This document shows positions 25,805 to 28,739 of a stretch of 28,739 nucleotides of DNA, in pieces. Where the stretch lies: contig JBDRNN010000261.1 of assembly GCA_043811145.1 (NCBI GenBank), forward strand, positions 1 to 28,739. Reading direction: 5' to 3'. The notes under the pieces are model-generated. The model was not told where the DNA came from, searched no databases, and worked only from the letters and a program-made list of their open reading frames with translations. Positions within the stretch are counted from its first letter, which is position 1; the number at the start of each line of letters is the position of its first letter. The translations under genes and the position numbers were made by a program. Source of the DNA: Candidatus Bathyarchaeota archaeon. GTDB lineage: Archaea; Thermoproteota; Bathyarchaeia; Hecatellales; Hecatellaceae.

Positions 25805-26226
25805 CGTGCTGGCTTCTGTTTCCTTCCTGCAATAAGCTCCTTTAAAGAAACATTGTTAACGGCGATTACCTGATAACGCACACCGGGTAGGTCACCGTAA
25901 GATTTACCTCTCGGACCACCAATTCCGCAGATTAAAACTTCATCATGCTCCTCCACGAAATTCATGGCACCATCCCTTGGAAGGAAAGCTGTGACGGTTT
26001 TTCCATTTTTTATAAGTTGAAGTCTAACACATTTTCTAACGGCACTGTTGGGCTGTCGACTTTCAATTCCTATCTTCTGTAGGACAATTCCTCTGCCCAT
26101 AGGAGAACCTGCGAGAGGATCGGCTTTGATATCGAGGTTCAAAATCCTCCGGCTGTAGTATCTATCGCTCCACCTGAAGTGCTGTTTACTTGTTTTCAGC
26201 TTTCTTGCAGCAAATTCACCGGGCAT
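25801..26226 (-). CDS. rpsL: 30S ribosomal protein S12 (uS12)
   Basis: [30 protein letters not shown] and [10 protein letters not shown]. Confidence 0.97.
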   Translation of the reverse strand: MPGEFAARKLKTSKQHFRWSDRYYSRRILNLDIKADPLAGSPMGRGIVLQKIGIESRQPNSAVRKCVRLQLIKNGKTVTAFLPRDGAMNFVEEHDEVLICGIGGPRGKSYGDLPGVRYQVIAVNNVSLKELIAGRKQKPAR

Positions 26227-26333
26227 TTTCAAAACCTTTTCGGAAGTTTAGATATGAAGGCCACCGTATATTAAGATTATCTGAGAGAAGTCTGCATGAA
26301 GCGTTATATAAAACGGCCCATTCATCTACCAGT

Positions 26334-27884
26334 ATGAGTGCTGCAGCAGAGGCCACATCACCTCCCAGTATTAGGGTGGCGAAGGGGGCATCGTGGGCTT
26401 TCACTCAAGGCTTGGTCAGCAGCATTGCCATCCTGGCCTACTACGCCTTTGCCACTAGGATTCTCTCAGTTACTGAGATAGGGGTCCTTGTAGCATTATC
26501 TATGATTGCTCTGCTGTTTGTAGAGATAGGAGCTCTTGCCTTACCTTCAGCTGCAACAAAATACATAGCTGAGAACATCGGTAAGGGAAGGCTGGATGTC
26601 GCGAAGGGAATTTTTCAGGGAGTTTCTAAATATGGATTAGTTTCCAGTGTTGTTTTGGCTTTAATATGTTTTGGGGCTTCAACTTTTATATCTAGATTTG
26701 TTTTAGGCACTGAAGCCTATCAAATTTTGTTCAGCATATTGGCTCTGGATATCTTTGCTATGCTTTTCACTCGTTATCTCGCTGGTTCCCTCTATGGTTT
26801 AGGAAAACTTAGGGAGGCATCTTTGGCGTACATTGCGCTTAGAATGGTTAGAGTTGGTGGTGCTATATCGTTCCTTCTGCTCGGTTATGGGTTAATGGGT
26901 GTTGTGATTGGGTGGGTGATAGGAGACTTTGTAGGATTAGGGTTGATGTCACTATTTGTATCCAAACCTTTCAAAGTAAAGCCGGTAGCGTTTCCATCGA
27001 GAGAGTTACTCAGATATTCTATTCCACTTTATGCCACGGAGATGTTGGCCTATTTTTCACTCTACATCGAAAGATATTTAATACTGGGTTTAGGTGAATT
27101 TTCAATTTTAGCTATATTCACAATGGCAATTGCCGCGTCCAATATTCCAATGCTGGCTTCAAGATCCATTGGCTTAGCACTGTTTCCTCAGCTCTCAGAG
27201 ATGTATGGTCGACGAGGAGTGGATACCCTAAAAAAAGCCGCCCTCAAGGCTTCTAGATATGTTTGCTTTATTTTTGTGCCGTGTGCTGTTGGATTAGCTG
27301 CGATTGCTTATCCGGATATTTTACTTTTTGTGGGAAGCCAATACTTGGATGCTGCTTTGCCTCTGGCTATAATTTCAGGTGCTGCAGCTTTAGTATGTAT
27401 GGAAACAATAGTTTACAACCTCATGTTATCGTTGGGTAGGACAAGGATACTTCTTGAGGCGGGCGTATTTGCGATATTAGTGGATGTGGCTCTGTTCATA
27501 TTGTTGTTGCCACCTCTAGGAATTATTGGAGCAGCTTTCGCTAAGGCAGGTTTGATTGTTGTTCTTTTCGTATATCCCAGCATTAGGTTGAGGAAGTTTT
27601 TCGAACTTCGTTTTGATAAAGGTGCATATGGGAAAGCTTGGGTCGCATCTTTGGTGATGATGACTGTCTTAATTGCAATTCAGGCTTTATGGATGACCCC
27701 ATGGCTGTTGCCTCTTTATGTAGTTGTGGGGGGCGGGGTTTACCTAGCAGTGTTGAGAATTTTGAGAGCGGTGAATGCAGAGGATTTTGCGCTGGTTAGA
27801 CAATTTCTCCCAAGACGTCTAAGCGGAAAAAGCTTGAACGCGATTGCGAAGATTCTAGGGGTAAGGGAAGAGGTTACTAAATAA
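26334..27884 (+). CDS. Oligosaccharide flippase / polysaccharide biosynthesis (MOP/Wzx-like) protein
   Basis: 12-14 TM helices, AATKYIAE, ELLRYSIPL and LFPQLSE. The ATG at 26334 lies about 25 bp after TTATATAAA. The longer ORF overlaps rpsL. Confidence 0.88.
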   Translation: MSAAAEATSPPSIRVAKGASWAFTQGLVSSIAILAYYAFATRILSVTEIGVLVALSMIALLFVEIGALALPSAATKYIAENIGKGRLDVAKGIFQGVSKYGLVSSVVLALICFGASTFISRFVLGTEAYQILFSILALDIFAMLFTRYLAGSLYGLGKLREASLAYIALRMVRVGGAISFLLLGYGLMGVVIGWVIGDFVGLGLMSLFVSKPFKVKPVAFPSRELLRYSIPLYATEMLAYFSLYIERYLILGLGEFSILAIFTMAIAASNIPMLASRSIGLALFPQLSEMYGRRGVDTLKKAALKASRYVCFIFVPCAVGLAAIAYPDILLFVGSQYLDAALPLAIISGAAALVCMETIVYNLMLSLGRTRILLEAGVFAILVDVALFILLLPPLGIIGAAFAKAGLIVVLFVYPSIRLRKFFELRFDKGAYGKAWVASLVMMTVLIAIQALWMTPWLLPLYVVVGGGVYLAVLRILRAVNAEDFALVRQFLPRRLSGKSLNAIAKILGVREEVTK

Positions 27885-27902
27885 CACGAATGAGGTTTTT
27901 GG

Positions 27903-28739
27903 TTAGACTAGCTGTTTTTGTTTCTCACCTGACGATAGACTGGAGAGTCGTACACCTATAAGTCGGATTTTTCTGTCAGGGTGCAGGTAGTCTTTAACAA
28001 GTTCGCGAGCGGTTCTTTTTACATCGTTTAGTTGATTTGTAAGGAAAGGCAGTGTTTTGCTGTGAGTGTGGGTCTCAAAATTTTCGTATCGAACTCTTAT
28101 TGTAACTGTTTTGAAGGTGAAATGAGATTCTGTTAGCTGTTTGTGAACATCCTCTGAAAGCGCATCTAAAGTTTTAAAGATGAGCTCAGAGTCAGCTGTG
28201 TCTTCTTCGAAGGTTGTATCTCTACTTATTGACTTTATTTCTGATCGTTCTTGAACCTTGCTTCTGTCGATTCCCTGTGCTGAAAAACCTAATTGTATAC
28301 CCATAGCTCCGAGCTTTTCTTTCAATATTGATGCGTCGTAGTTGGCCAGATCGCCTATTGTTTGGATGCCCATCTCATTGAGTTTTTGCTCCGTTTTTAT
28401 ACCAACCCAGAGCAGTTTACGAACAGGCAGAGGAGAGAGAAACGTTTTCACATTTTTCTCCTCGATTACTGTTAAGCCGTCGGGTTTCTTGTGGTCGCTA
28501 GCTATCTTGGCCACAAGCTTATTCGGTCCAACACCGATGGAGCAGGTTAGCTTTTCTTTTTCATAAATTTCATTTTTAATCTCTTGCGCCAATTTTATAG
28601 CTTCAGAAAAAGTCTGAACCCGTAAAGTCACATCAAGAAACGCTTCATCGATACCCCAACCTTCAAACCTATCTGCATGACTGCGAAGGATTGTCATGAT
28701 TCGAGCAGAAATCTCTTTGTATAAAGGGAGATTGACGGG
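27903..28739 (-). CDS. dinB: DNA polymerase IV (Y family), 5' end beyond window
   Basis: The frame is open to the window edge (PVNLPLYKEISARIM). GIDEAFLDVT, SIGVGPNKLVAKIASDHKKPDGL and IRLIGVRLS. Confidence 0.95.
   Translation of the reverse strand, partial: PVNLPLYKEISARIMTILRSHADRFEGWGIDEAFLDVTLRVQTFSEAIKLAQEIKNEIYEKEKLTCSIGVGPNKLVAKIASDHKKPDGLTVIEEKNVKTFLSPLPVRKLLWVGIKTEQKLNEMGIQTIGDLANYDASILKEKLGAMGIQLGFSAQGIDRSKVQERSEIKSISRDTTFEEDTADSELIFKTLDALSEDVHKQLTESHFTFKTVTIRVRYENFETHTHSKTLPFLTNQLNDVKRTARELVKDYLHPDRKIRLIGVRLSSLSSGEKQKQLV

Noticed and set aside
26190-26333. Long N-terminal extension of the flippase ORF (and extensions of tuf, nrpR, UbiE, MarC)
   Set aside because: The flippase extension overlaps rps12. 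The other extensions run through promoter or SD sequences, and downstream starts fit SD/TATA positions or family N-termini better.
43-28566. Many short ORFs antisense to or overlapping recognised genes (e.g. 1832-2101, 5568-5963, 11135-11518, 18953-19567, 23822-24142)
   Set aside because: They are shadow frames of well-supported genes with no motifs

Overview
Archaeal chromosomal window, inferred to be a TACK-type archaeon such as Bathyarchaeia from EF-1alpha/S7/S10/S12, a two-intron tRNA and frequent TTG starts. The backbone carries a minus-strand respiratory cluster: cytochrome b, two FAD-binding oxidoreductases, HdrE-like and HdrD-like proteins, and nuoA-B-C-D. It also has a UbiE-type methyltransferase, FixC/FixX, MobB, tRNA-Ser(UGA) with two introns, NrpR divergent from an FMN glutamate synthase-family gene, rps10-tuf-rps7(inverted)-rps12, a flippase and DinB. 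The respiratory cluster is split by an ~8.5 kb island (3948-12459) bounded by 27-bp direct repeats with a 17-bp identical core. The right repeat overlaps the stop codon of a FAD oxidoreductase. Joining the two ends in silico rebuilds a symmetric attP-like site, and a truncated integrase-like ORF lies beside the right end. The island is a decaying mosaic: GC-richer secreted or membrane-anchored proteins (two paralogues), a frameshifted CPBP protease, TnpB and lamin-tail remnants, AT-rich cargo (Dph6-like, TerC, DUF2721, MarC) and repeated non-coding sites. All calls come from motif recognition and manual alignment. No database searches were run.
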